A stretch of 64,000 nucleotides of DNA from the human T2T-CHM13v2.0 reference genome, Homo sapiens. Numbering within the stretch: position 1 is the stretch's first letter; each line of letters begins with the position of its first letter. Both the position numbers and the translations under genes were made by a program. Positions 29,603 to 42,384 of this stretch are shown here, in pieces. The stretch lies in NCBI RefSeq assembly GCF_009914755.1, contig NC_060938.1. The stretch is one strand, 5' to 3'. The notes under the pieces are model-generated. The model was not told the origin of the DNA. It saw only the letters and a list, made by a program, of their open reading frames with translations, and did not search any database.

Positions 29603-29750
29603 TTTGTTGTTGTTGTTGTTGTTTGTTTGTTTGTTTGTTTTTTGAGACAGAGTCTGGCTCTGTCGCCCAGGCTGGAGTGCAGTGGCGCGATCTCGGCTCA
29701 CTGCAAGCTCCGCCTCCCGGGTTCACGCCATTCTCCTGCCTCAGCCTCCT
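29603..29750 (-). mobile_element. 5'-truncated AluY (about 107 bp plus tail) inside a MIR
   Basis: AluY diagnostics gcaagctcc and ttcacgccattc. Perfect 13-bp TSD gcttggggagttt at 29590-29602 and 29751-29763. Confidence 0.95.
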
Positions 29751-30334
29751 GCTTGGGGAGTTTAAATAACCACATCTATGGTCCCATCGACAATAAGAAC
29801 ACTTTCAAACCCGTGTCTGTGTGCCTGCCAGCTTGAGTGTTAACACGGCACGACTCAACTGCCCCACAGCTCCAGCTAGGGGAGTTAAATCCAGAACCCT
29901 CCCAGTCACCGGAGCAACATGCTGATAGGTTGTGCTGCAGATATGACTCTCTTTCCCAAACTCAGGGCCTGTTTTGGTTGCTTTCAGCTCCCATTTTAAA
30001 AGTAGCAGTCCGAGGATTTGCTCTTGGCCTGTGCATTGGAGTGCAGAATTTGAACCTTCAGCTGGTATTCCTGAGACCCATCATTTCTCAGTCTCTTAAG
30101 AGAGGTTGGTATTAACTATGTATCCCTTCTTTTCTCTATGTATGTATATTAAAAAAACTTTATTAAAAAAAACTACATGTTTTTATGGACTGGCAAAGGT
30201 AGAGATTTACTTGTTAAACCAGAAGGAAATTTTTAAATTATGACAGTGATTGTCAAATATATGCACCATTCCACTATCCTATTGAGCCTCATCATACCTC
30301 TATAAGGTGAATGCCATTAGTGTCTGTGCCAATG

Positions 30335-30600
30335 ACAACTCAAAGTCTAGTCCACATACTGGTACCAATCCACAAACTGTTACTGGTCTGCAATCAAATA
30401 CTGTAGTAATTGAGAGTAAATGTCTAGAAACAAAAGCAATTTGAGAGAGTAATTTTATGTCTGTCAAATTTAAGAATAAAACATTTAAACACTTCTAGGA
30501 ATTTATTTTTATTGTGTTTTATAAAAGTATCACTCTATGACAGACTGGAAATTTTTTTGAAAATCTGGTTCTTTAACACAAGACAGTTTGAGAAACACTA
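30335..30600. mobile_element. hAT-Charlie MITE (MER112-like)
   Basis: ctcaaagtctagtccac...ctgttactggtc...aaaagtatc...agtttgagaaacacta. Confidence 0.55.
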
Positions 30601-31911
30601 GAATTGACTTTACAGCTAAGAGAACCAAGATTTAATGAGGGAGATTAAGTAATATGCCCAAAGACACATAGCCTAAGGAAAATGGAATTGCCTTCCCCTT
30701 AACCATGGGGGTTAGAATTGTAGAACCCTGCTGTGAGTTTTTTTCTTCTTTTGCCTCCTTTGGGGTCTATGTTCTAAATCTCTAGGCTTTAACTTGGTTG
30801 ATTTCAATAACACAGGGCCAGGAGTTAAAGAGGTAACAGCCCTTCTCATTATTTACATTCAGCAGCTTCTCCACTGTTCCCTTCTCACCCTCCCTGCCTG
30901 CCTCTCCTTCCTCTGTCAAGCAGGTCCCACGCAAGCAGGCTAGTATGGAGCATCAATCCCAAGCAATTTCCATCTACCTTGTGGTTTGGGGTCATCAGGC
31001 TTTGCAGCAATTCCAGTTTTACTCCTTGAATGAGATGATTTCTGGCAGTTTTATTCTAAAACCCAGATGTCAATTAAAAGATGCCAGAAGAAATATCTGC
31101 AGGGATCAACATTTTACAGGGCATGAGGCAGAGGCCGTGCAGTGAGGACATCTCTCTGTCCACTGCTTTATGGGGGTCACTTTACCAAGGGCAAAACATC
31201 CCTTCCTAACTAGAAGGGATACACTGCAGAGAGTCTGTGTCCTTTCTTAGGGTAATCATGTTCCCACCCATCCCCACTTTGACATTGTACTTTGTTTGGC
31301 AAAAGAAAGTACCAACATGGCCAGTGTTACCAAATATAAGAACAGCGACTTTTTAAGACTTACAGTGCCTGTCCTCTTGAATAGAAAGTCATTAGAAAAA
31401 TTCTACCAAGTCAACCAGGAGAAACTTTACCACCAACAGCAATCAAACTTGAAGAAAGACTTGTCTATATTCAGAAATCCTGCTCCCAAACACTGGGCAA
31501 AGCAGAGAGAACTGAGCTGTCAGATACAAACATGTCTGTCTCCTGCCTACTGAAGTTGACAGGATTAATGCTCTATGCCCAAAGGCCACTTTTTCTTCTT
31601 TTTTTTTTTTTTTAAAAAAAAAAAAAGAAAAGAAAAGAAAGAAAAAAAACAGGAGCAATAATGAAACCAAAGGAATAGCTGGAGCAATTAATCCAAAACT
31701 GTATTCTGAGAGCCCTGGGGTTTCTGGGATGGTGTCATAGGATCATGGGAGATGCAGGTGGAAAGAAGGAGGAGAAGAAGAGGGGAGAATGGGCCACTCC
31801 CTTCCTTCTTTAACCAGAGTAGTCTTGCTTTTATCCATTTCTCATTTAGGCTTCTCTGTAATATTCAATTTGAGGAAAACATTCTACTCTTTATTTAGAA
31901 AAAACTACTTA

Positions 31912-34580
31912 TAGGTAGACCCCATTTTATTGCATTTTGCTTTATTTCACTTTGCAGATTTTGGATTTTTTACAAATCAGAGATTTGTGGCAACCCCTGG
32001 CATCAAGAAAGTCTATTGGTGCCATTTTTCCAACAGCATCTGCTCACTTCATGTCTTTGCATCACATTTTGGTAATTCTCACAGTATTTCAGACTTTTTC
32101 ATTATTATTATATCTGTTACAGTGATTTGTGATCAGTGATCTTTGATGTTACTGTTGTAATTGTTTCAGGGCACCACAAACCACATCCAAATAAGACGGC
32201 GAACTTGATAAATGTTGTTTGTGTTCTGACGTGTTCCACTGACCACGCATTTATCCATCTCTCTCCCTCTCCTCAGGACCTCCTGTTCACTGTGACACAG
32301 TGATATTGAAATCAGGCCAGTTAATAATCCTACAGTGGTCTCTAAATGTTCAAGTGAAAGGAAGTGCCACACATCTCTCAAATTTAAATCAAAAGCTAGA
32401 AATGATTAAGCTTACTTAGAGAGGAAGGTATGTCAAAAGTCAAGATAGGCCAAGAGTTAGGCTTCTTGTGCCAAACAGCCAAGTTGTGAATGAAAAGGAC
32501 AAGTTCTTGAAGGAAATTAAAAATACTGTCCTGTGAACATACAAATGATAAGAAAACCAAGCAGCCTTATTGCTGATATGGAGAAACTTTCAGAGATACA
32601 CATGAAAGATCAAACCAGCTACAACATTCCCTTAAGCCAAAGCCTAATCCAGAGTGAGGCCCAATTCTCTTCAATTCTATAAAAACAGAGAGGTGAGGAA
32701 GCTGCAGAAGAAAAGTTTGAAGCTAGCAGAGTTTGGTTCCTGAAGGTTAAGGAAAGAAGCCATCTTCGTAACATGAAAGTGCAAAGTGAAGCAGCAAGTA
32801 CCGATGTAGAAACTGCAGCAAGTTATCCAGAAGATCTAGCTAAAATCACTGATGAAGGTGGCTATGATAAACAACAGATTTTCAGTGAAGACAAAACAGT
32901 ATTCTATTGGAAGAAGATGTCAACTAGGACTTTCATAGCTAACGAGGAGAAGTCAATGCCTGACTTCAAAACTTCGAAGGACAGACTGACTCTTGTTAGG
33001 GGCTAATGCAGCTGGTTGAAGCCAATGCTCATTTCCCACTCTGAAGATCCTATGGCCCTTGAGAATTATGTTAAATCTAATCTTCCTGTACTTTACAAAT
33101 GGAGCAAGAAAGTTTGAATGGTATAACTTCTGTTTAGAGCATAGTTGCTGAATATTTTAAGCCCACTGTTTAGACCTACTCTTCAAAAAAAGATCTCTTG
33201 CAAAATATTACTGCTCACTGACAATGTGCCTAGTCACCCAAGAGCTCTGATGAAGAAGTACAAGGAGAATAATGTTGTTTTCATGCCTGCTAACACAACA
33301 TCCATTCTGTGGCTCATGAATCCAAAAGTAATTTCAATTTTCAAGTCTTACTATGTAAGAAATTTATTTTTGCCAGGTGCAGTGGCTCACACCTGTAATC
33401 ATAGCACTTTGGGAGACTGAGGTGGGAGAATTGCTTGAGGCCAGGAGTTTGAGACCAGCGTAGGGACCATAGTGAGATCCTGTCTCTACTAAACTTAGCC
33501 AGGCATGGTGGCATGCACCTGTGGTCCTAGCTACTCAGGAGGCTCGGGTGGAAGGATCTTTTGAGCCCAGGAGGTCAAGGCTACAGTGAGCCATGATCGT
33601 GCACTTCAGCCGGGGTGACAGAGCAAGAACCTGTCTCAAAAAAATAATTAAATAAATAAAAATTCAAAATAAAAATAAAAGAAATTTATTTTCTAAGGCT
33701 ATAGCTGTCATGGGTGGTGTGATTCTCTGATGAATATGGGAAAAATAAATCAAAAACTTTCTGGATAGGATTCACCATTCTAGATGCCATTAAGAACATT
33801 CATGATTCATGAGAAGAGGTCAAAAAACCAACATGAACAGGCGTTTGGAAGAAGTTGATTCCAACCCTCATGGATGATTTTGAAGAGTTCAAGATTTTAG
33901 TAGAGGAAGTAAATGCAGATGTGGTGGAAATAGCAAAAGAATGAGAATTGGAAGTGGAGCCTGACAATGTGACAGAATTGCTACAATCTCATGATAAAAT
34001 TTGAATGGATGAAAAGTTGCTTCTTAGGGAAGAGCAAAGAAAGTGCTTTCTTAATACGGCATGTATTGATACTTCTCATGAAGATGCTATAAACATTGTT
34101 GAAATGACAAAAAAGGATTTAGAATATTCCATAAACTTAGTTGATAAAGCAGTAGGATGGTTTCAGAGGACTGACTCCAATTTTGGAAGAAGTTCTACTG
34201 TGGGTAAAATGCTATCAAACAGCATCTCATGCTAAAGAGAAATCTTTCATAAAAGGAAGAGTTGACTGATACAGCAAACTTCATTGTGGTCTTATTTTAA
34301 GAAATTGCTCCAGCCACCCCAGCCTTCAGCAACCACCACCCTGATCAGTCAGCAGCCATGGCTCAGATGATCATTAGCATTTCTTAGAAATAAAGCATTT
34401 TTCAATTCAGGTATTTACATTTTTTAGACATAAAGCTTTTGCACACTTAATAGACTATATCGTAAACATAACTTTTACAGGCAATGGGAAACCAAAAAAT
34501 GTGTGTGTCATTCACTTTATTGTAATATTTTGTTATGGTGGTCTGGAACCTGAACCCACAATATCTGCAAGGTATGACTG
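31912..34580 (+). mobile_element. Tigger1, near full length, transposase inactivated
   Basis: Both termini (taggtagacc / ggtatgactg) flanked by TA. ORF pieces 32773-33006 and 33145-33360 encode pogo-type transposase segments ([19 protein letters not shown]; [11 protein letters not shown]; [10 protein letters not shown]). Confidence 0.95.
33371..33678 (+). mobile_element. AluJ inserted in Tigger1
   Basis: J diagnostics (gagcccaggaggtcaaggctacagtgagccatgat). 14-bp TSD aagaaatttatttt at 33357-33370 and 33679-33692. Confidence 0.93.
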
Positions 34581-35339
34581 TATTTAATCACAGTTTTGTT
34601 CATAGACATTTTGGTTTGAAATCAGAAAGTTATAAGCCTATTTTTGAATTGAACTGGGTTTTAATTTTTTATTTTTGTAACTTCAAACTTTTATTTCAGA
34701 AATATTTGGCTCTAGAAATGAGTCAGACATCTCATTTTAACTGAGACATTTTTGCCAAACAAAATGAAAAGAAAATATGAATATTCTCTCCTCTTGAAAG
34801 AGAGATGTTGCTACAGGCTCTGACTTTTTTGTTGCTGTTATAAGAATTACTTAAACACTTGTTAAGGGAGATTTAATAACGGAAATGAGGAGCAGAGTAA
34901 TGGCCTTTCTCCATTAAAATTTTTATTTGCATTTTACAAGATGCACTTAATTATTTTACAACTGAAACTATTCTCTAAGGTCTTGGTCTGTACATAACGA
35001 AAAACTTCTAACCATGGAAGTGATGTTTCCCTGGGCTCTATAGTTAACCAAATCCTCTTGTTGATAGCAGTAGGAATCCTGTGAAATCCACTGGGAGATA
35101 TGAGTGAGATGAGCTTCCCTATTGTATTATAGGTTTGCAACCAAGAAACCAATAATTCAGTTGTGATGCAGCCATACCCAGAGATATTTTCCTTCTTGAA
35201 AAAATCTCAAGTTTCAATTTGGAATTTTGTCAGTTTTAAAATACCAGCATTAGTACCATATTAAATTTGTTATCTTTACAGAACAATCTGGTCCCCATTA
35301 AAAGGTTGTTATTCTAAGATTCCTTTCCATAATAATCAT

Positions 35340-35790
35340 AATTATGGCTCTAAATCCTTTATGTACATTATCTCTAACATTCATGATAATCTGGTAAAAG
35401 AGGTATTATTATATCCACTTTATAAAGCAGGACATCAGAACTCTAAAAGTCAGATGACTTGCCTAGGACCATAGTACTCAAATAAATGGTATAACATGGT
35501 TCCAAGTTCTTCCTGACTGGAATCCATATAGCCACCTTGAGAGTAGGAAGGAGGGTATGAGTTAGCATCACTTTTATTGAGCATTTACTATATGCTAGGC
35601 ACTGGGCAGAGCACTTTACATACACTATCATTTTTTAATCTTCACAATGCCACAAGATAGATACTAGAATTATCTTCATCTTACAGGTTAGGAAATGAAC
35701 TGAGGCTTCACCTGGTTCAGTAACCCAAGTCATAGATCTGGAAATACATGAAGCCAGATCTAAAGCCCTGATCCACCTGACTCCAAAACA
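35340..35790 (-). mobile_element. Two MIR copies
   Basis: ttattgagcatttactatatgctaggcactg...cttcatcttacagg, plus an earlier copy at about 35340-35530. Confidence 0.7.
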
Positions 35791-35839
35791 CAAATAAGAC
35801 CAAATTTATACTTCCAACAAATAATTCTTCTCGAAAGAT

Positions 35840-36060
35840 GACTTGCTTAGTCTCATGATGCCGCCATTGTTTAAAATTTTTCTAGAGTTCATCTTTTGAA
35901 ATTGCCTTCTTAGAATCAGTTTGTGAACCACATAAGAAAAATTGTTCCCTTAAACCAACTTTATAATAATACTACATTCCAGATGACTTTTGGATTTTTC
36001 CAAAAATCAAATTTATCTCCAAAGGATAAAGATTTGATATTACTGAGACATTACTCCCTT
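35840..36060 (+). mobile_element. Mariner-derived fragment (MARNA-like)
   Basis: From 35979 it reads PDDFWIFPKIKFISKG*RF, resembling the mariner transposase segment P.DFWLFPK.K..LKG.RF that follows YSPDLAP. Confidence 0.65.
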
Positions 36061-37024
36061 AGGGGCATAATTTCTGTATGTTCTTTTAAAAATTAGTATC
36101 TCACAGCTCATGACGATCTCTCAGTCCCATTGTCCAACCAACCTCAGCCGCATTCCCACACTGTCCCTATCCCCGGACATATTTTCTGTGCATGCTCTCA
36201 TGTGATAATTCACAGAAGAAAGTCAGACATCTCTGTATGAAAGGAGCATGAACCTGAAAGAAGAAAAAGAGAATGATTATTTAGGAGAATTCTTAATTCC
36301 CCAGAATTCTCTTCATGACAACTCAGAGCCTTTTCCCATAAATGAACATTTTAACCTGGTAAAACAGTCCTATTCCCCGGAAATGACAGATCACTTTCAA
36401 TATTAGCCTCCATTTTGCCAAAACCTTCTCAAAGGGGCAGGTGAAGCTTGTGTATCTGTAGCCATTGAGCATTTTGATGAAAATTAGTATCATTTTGAAA
36501 TTCCAAATCACTCATAGGATATCACTTTTGAGCTAAAATCCTACTAAGTTGGGGAGAGATTGGCATTTAAACAGATGTCAGCAGTGTTTGGGGAAATGTA
36601 AATTGAGGTACAGATGGTGACTGCTAGGGAGTTAAGAGCATCTGTGTTCTAGGAGAAAAAAACCATATTTGTGAAAAAAAATTTTAAATAATAACTGAAA
36701 TTCCCAACTCGATTTTGAAAGAAGACAAGAATATATTCTCATTGGATGGCACTGTTTGATAAGTTTCTTATCATGTCAAAGATGACTTGAATTTCTGGAT
36801 CCTGGATCTAAATTAGATTCAATATGGGGAATTATATCCCACATCTTCAGTAAGCCAAAATTAGAACTTCTACTACAAAAAGCACAACTAACTGAGGGTT
36901 AACATGGTCAAGTAACCCAAGTCATACATTTGAAATATATGAAGCCTAGATTTTGGATTCTTCTGTTTCAGTCAATTACATACCTCAATGTAAGCTGTAG
37001 GGAAAACATCAGTTATCTGTGATA

Positions 37025-37262
37025 CAGCGGTTAAGAGCAGGGCTCTGGAGACAAAGAGACTGAGTTCAAATTCTAGCACTACCCCTTTGTAGCTATGTGA
37101 CCTTGGGACACATTACTTAATTTCTCTAGGCCTCAGTTTCCTCATTTGTAAAATGAAGATAAAAATAATAATACCTAAATCCATAGGATTGTTTTGAGGA
37201 TCAGAGCCACATGTGAAGCGCATAAAGCCTATGGTAAGCATCACTAAATGTTAGCTAGTATT
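37025..37262 (+). mobile_element. MIR (well preserved)
   Basis: ggttaagagcagggctctggag...tgtgaccttggg...gcctcagtttcctcatttgtaaaatg. Confidence 0.9.
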
Positions 37263-38912
37263 AAAATAGGCTTTCTTTCTAATCCTAGGAGATCTATACA
37301 GGACTGGGTATCACTAACCTACTGTCTCCCCGGGTCCCCCATCCCCACCCCTATCATGACCTAGTGAGAACAACAACCTATAAATCTCAGAAACTGGGAA
37401 ATCCATAGTTTGTGCAGATCACCAGGCTTTAACAAAGGTCCTTTGTTCTCCCTTCTAATGGGTCTCTAGAGATTTCCCATCAAAAGAATCAGTCACTCTG
37501 AATATGAACACCTACAAGTTTTTGTTTTGTTTTATTTTGTTACTGTTGGGTTTATTTTTGTTGTGGTCAAAAACACCTAACACAAAATTTCTCATCTCAA
37601 CCATTTTTAACACTACATATTTGTAGTTTTTAGGTTAGTCCTTTTTGTGAGATGCAGAAACCTTTTCAGGTCGCCAGGATAATTCAGAAAGTTACATTTC
37701 TATTAATGTCATTAGCATTCTAGAAACCTAGTGTGCTAAAACACTTTTCCACTAAAAGATCTAATTTACAAGGCGGAGAAGACTGAATCAACATCTCTCT
37801 ATTCTGTGTGTTTGTTTGTTTGTTTGTTTGCCCCTAAGGATTCTTATGCTCAGCTGCTCATATTAATCTAGTTTTTCAATGAGTTTTCCCCTTAAGGGAA
37901 AATCAAGAAACCAAAAGGTTAATCAATTCAGTCATATTAGGGAGCCATGTAGGAACCATATCAAAATCCAGACTCCCAGGTTACAGTTTAATGTGCTGTA
38001 CATCTTCCTGATTGGAATGAGTTTATGCATTAGATACCATACACAAATGGATGCATTTAACTTACTTCGTTCACGGCATACCCGCAAACTCATTTACTGG
38101 ATCCATAAGCACTTGTAAACATTGCTAATGGAGTTTGCTAAATGAATATTATAAACGTAATCCAAATGAGCTCTCCACGGAAATTGCAAATCATATGAAA
38201 AATATAGTGCATTTGGTTATAGCACATTTCAGGAACGGTATGTTTTAGTTAATTGTGGTAGTATATTATACATGGCTAAATGTCAGTACTAGCACCTAGA
38301 AAAAAAAATAACTCTTTCTGCTTGCTGAATACCATTCAACTGAGGATATTAAATATGATATAATCCATAAATCAAAGGTACTTTATTACTAAAGTAGATC
38401 TTTGTGGCTCACACTGTATCCCTGGGAGGAAGCTAGGGCTCTTAAAAAGATGTGCAAACTCCTTTGGGCTGTTAGAATTATCATTAGGATCCCTGAGACA
38501 GTTTTCAAAATGGTGCACCCTGGTGGCTTGAAATAGTTACTACATCTTTCAAAAGACATTCACATTGGGATTTGAATCAAAAGTTATGCTCTTTAATTAA
38601 TAAAACTACAGAGGCAGTTTTAAACATATGGTAGTCTTTTTTTCTTTCTTCTTTTTCAAATACTGTCATATTTTCAATTATGTTTTCTATAATTTACGGT
38701 TACTTTATTTGAATGAAAATTCGGTTTTAAAGTCATCTCTTGCCCAAACTGGAAGCAAGCCATAATCTGAGACTTCTAAAAGTTTTCTCATCTTGATGAT
38801 AATGTATTTCAGGCATTTGCAAACTAAAAACGCTATTCACAAATGGAAGTCTGATGCTTATAAGAGTTCAATCCTCTCACAATGTGAACTTTCATTCTTT
38901 TGTTTTATAGAG

Positions 38913-39471
38913 TGAGAGACTGAATATACAAATGGACAGTGGTCAGATCATATGTAAAAACAGAGCTTTGACTTCTAAAATGGAGTCATCTTCCCAGGAA
39001 ACCAACCCATCATCAATAATAGCTGGCCTCCTATAAGTCAGACTTGTAGGAAATCAGACTGCTATCTCTGGTAACAATCCAGAAAGCCAAACAATTTCCT
39101 CTGGAACAGTCAGCCTCAAAAGGTCAGGACTTCATTAATAACCCACATCTTCTCTAATCTTTGTCACTGCTCCCAACTTAGGATCAACCACAAAAAGCTA
39201 AACATGCACCCCTAATAAATCACATCAGATGCCCTGCTTCTATTAATGGTTAGTTCATCTACAGCTTTCCAATGCCAATAGCCTCCAGTTAGGGCATACC
39301 TGAAGCTTTCCCTTTGTCTACTGTGAAGTTTCTCCACTTCTCTACCTGCCTTTGAGTCTCTGCCAAAACAAAAGTGACAGTGATTGTTGTAGCTGACTCC
39401 CTTTCTAAAGCAATCTCTGAATAAATGACCTTTGCTTGTTCTCATTTGGTTGGTCTTTGCTTATTTCTACA
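38913..39471 (+). mobile_element. MER4-group ERV1 solo LTR (MER89-like), 559 bp
   Basis: TG...CA ends, AATAAA at about 39420, flanks agag/agaa. Family name from recall. Confidence 0.7.
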
Positions 39472-39646
39472 AGAACAACCCAGATAATGTTTTAGAGACC
39501 AAAGTAAATGCTAAAATACATTTTATCTGGCATATGGAAAGAACTGTTGGGATTTATATTCTGGTAGAGATTATCCTTTGAAGCGTTACAGAGCCTATAT
39601 CATTCTGGAAGAAACTCTTCTTGAGATATACTTTTCATGTATATAA

Positions 39647-40010
<364 letters not shown>

Positions 40011-40899
40011 GAAACTACTTCTTATTAGCTATTGTTTCTTAATACCCAGAGTAATATAGCCCAACTGGATTATTACTTTAGCTACCAAGTACTAGATTCA
40101 CCTCTTTTTGAACTCATCTTGGACATTATTTCTCGGTTCCTCATTCAAAGCAAATACTAAACGTCGGAGGCTGTGTTTGTAAATGCAAAGATAATAATGA
40201 AAATGGACCCCCCAGCCTTCACCCCAGTCCCCAGTGCCCAGGATGGAAAAGCATTAGTGTGTGACCTTTCCCTTTTTTAAGTTTCATAATGCTGCTTTAT
40301 TTTTACCTCATTTTTATTCTTTTCTAACTTGGGTGGAGTTCTTAGGCTAAATAGAAACTGGAAAACAACCTAAAACAATAACTTACCTTTGGTAGCTGAG
40401 GATGAAATGTGCTGAGTAAACAAATACTATGGCTAGTAAATCAGTATACCTACCAAACATTAATGCCCAAGTTTTAGAACAATAGGTCAAATGTTATTTA
40501 TTCAGTTATACTAAATGTGTGTTTTTCTTTGTTTAGGTTTTTTTTCTAAATCTAAAAGTGTTTTAAGAATCATGCAGTGACCTGGAGTTATCATTATGAA
40601 CATGAATTATCATTATATACATAAAGCATAAACATGCATTGATTTGGCCCAGATAAAAGGAGTTTTCCAGGGAGATATGCATTTTTTGCCCCAAAAGATG
40701 CCACCAACTTCTACTACTTTCAACAGGACTCAAGATACTATTTGGAGATAAAAATGCTTTGATTACCCAGGTCTGAGACTACAGCACAAAATGTGAGTGC
40801 TTATTTTCTCTTTAATGGGCATACCCCAGATGCTACTGAGAATCATAAATCTCTTTTACATCACTATAGGATTTTCATTACAGGAGATCTTTAAACATG

Positions 40900-41445
40900 A
40901 CATAAAAATATTCCCTTCATAATGAAGCTTATCTTATATTTCCAATCAGTTTAGCAGACCTTCAGGGAATTTTTCTGTTTCTTCCATTCCATTTTTATGA
41001 CGAGGTGGCTAAAACTCAACATAATATTCTAGACAAGGATATGCTGTCAATTTATATAATGGCACCTTAATATTGTCCACATTATTCTCACTCCTCTTCC
41101 AGTGGCTTATTTTTAGCACTGTTGCCCATTGAGCAAGGCTTATGATCTTTCTCTTGGAAGGTTATGGCTAATTCAATACCCATCACTGTGTATGATTAGC
41201 TTAAATTGTTCTTTCAGATGTGCATCACCTCACACTTGCCTGTTTCAGATTTCATCTTCATCATATTGTCCAATTACCTGGTTTTGTTAAGTCTTGCTGG
41301 AATCTCTTGTGGTCCTTATTGGACTGAAAATTTAGGGTCATTGAATAATATCACTCCTTTATTCACCTCATCTTATAAATGGTTAATAAATATATTCAAC
41401 AACAAAGATCTTTTCTGGCACAGATCTCCAGGGCATTCAGCTATT
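40900..41445 (-). mobile_element. CR1/L3 reverse-transcriptase relic
   Basis: Minus strand 41402-41376 reads LLNIFINHL (CR1: LFNIFINDL) and 41237-41217 reads KCEVMHI (CR1: KCKVMHLG), in the expected order. Confidence 0.7.
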
Positions 41446-42186
41446 AACCTCATTCTGCATCCACAACTGGACCCACCGCCATTCTCTCAGGGCTCCTTCC
41501 CCGTCTTTTTAATCCCTGGTCTGGCTTTTACCTCTGAGGCTACAATGAATGACAAAGTTTTCTTATCAGCTGCTTGGAAGGTAATTTATCAAAATGCCTG
41601 TATGGGTCAAAAAAGCTCATATGCACGTCTGGCAGTGTTCATGTGATCAAAACTTAAATGGCAACCAGCATACACAATACCGTAGCCCGAGTTACGCTGA
41701 TGAGCCATTTTGTATGCTGCTCCCCCTTCTCTTTCTCTCTCTTTACTTCTTTCTTTTTGTTAGAGGAATAAAATGCTTACTTTCAGTTACTTATAAGCCC
41801 TCTGGGCTCCTCTTATTAGAGGAGTCGTTGGACCTACCATCTGCCCACTCTATCTCCTTATCTGTTTAAAATAGTAACTGGATTTGACTTGAAACTCACA
41901 TGACTGTGAGGTGGTTTATGATTCACACAAAGTGCATTATTTATCTTTTCCTGTGGAAACTACACAACCTAAAGAAAAGAATAAGGTTTCAATGTCATCT
42001 CGAGAAAAGGAAAGGTTTTACATTGCCAAATGAGTCAATATGAGGAGTCAATTCAAAATTGATTCTTCTGAACATTGGCCAAAAAAGGAAATAAAGTATG
42101 TCTTAAAGGGTTGGTTATTCACTCCCATGGCATAGTTTAACTTATATACAACTTTCTAGCAAGACACCCTCAACTACAGGGACATC

Positions 42187-42228
42187 TGTGTGTGTGTGTG
42201 TGTGTGTGCGCGCGCGCGCGCGCGCGCG
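42187..42228. repeat. Compound (TG)11(CG)10 microsatellite
   Basis: Read directly from the sequence. Confidence 0.97.
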
Positions 42229-42384
42229 TTTGGCTCTGTATAAATGTGAATTCTTAATTTAAGTGCAATGTGCATTGCCACCTTATCATCCTAACTACAC
42301 AGAATTTTATACTCTAGCTAAAACTAACATAACACTCTCCTGCATCACCCCCAGATAAGTTCCAAAATGCCTCCTCAGAGCTCT

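Noticed and set aside
40381-40451. Perfect minus-strand donor AAG|GTAAGT with a possible 63-nt exon
   Set aside because: The acceptor lacks a proper polypyrimidine tract, and isolated donor matches are expected by chance in 64 kb.
41206-41646. 146-aa + strand ORF
   Set aside because: No recognisable domain, it starts at TTG, and it lies antisense to a CR1 relic, so it is probably open by chance.
41656-41719. Canonical hammerhead ribozyme or C/D snoRNA
   Set aside because: CUGAUGAG is present but GAAA and the UH cleavage site are missing. The upstream C-box-like gtgatca is mismatched at a kink-turn position, and a partial resemblance to 28S rRNA is gapped. Kept only as an unclassified structure.
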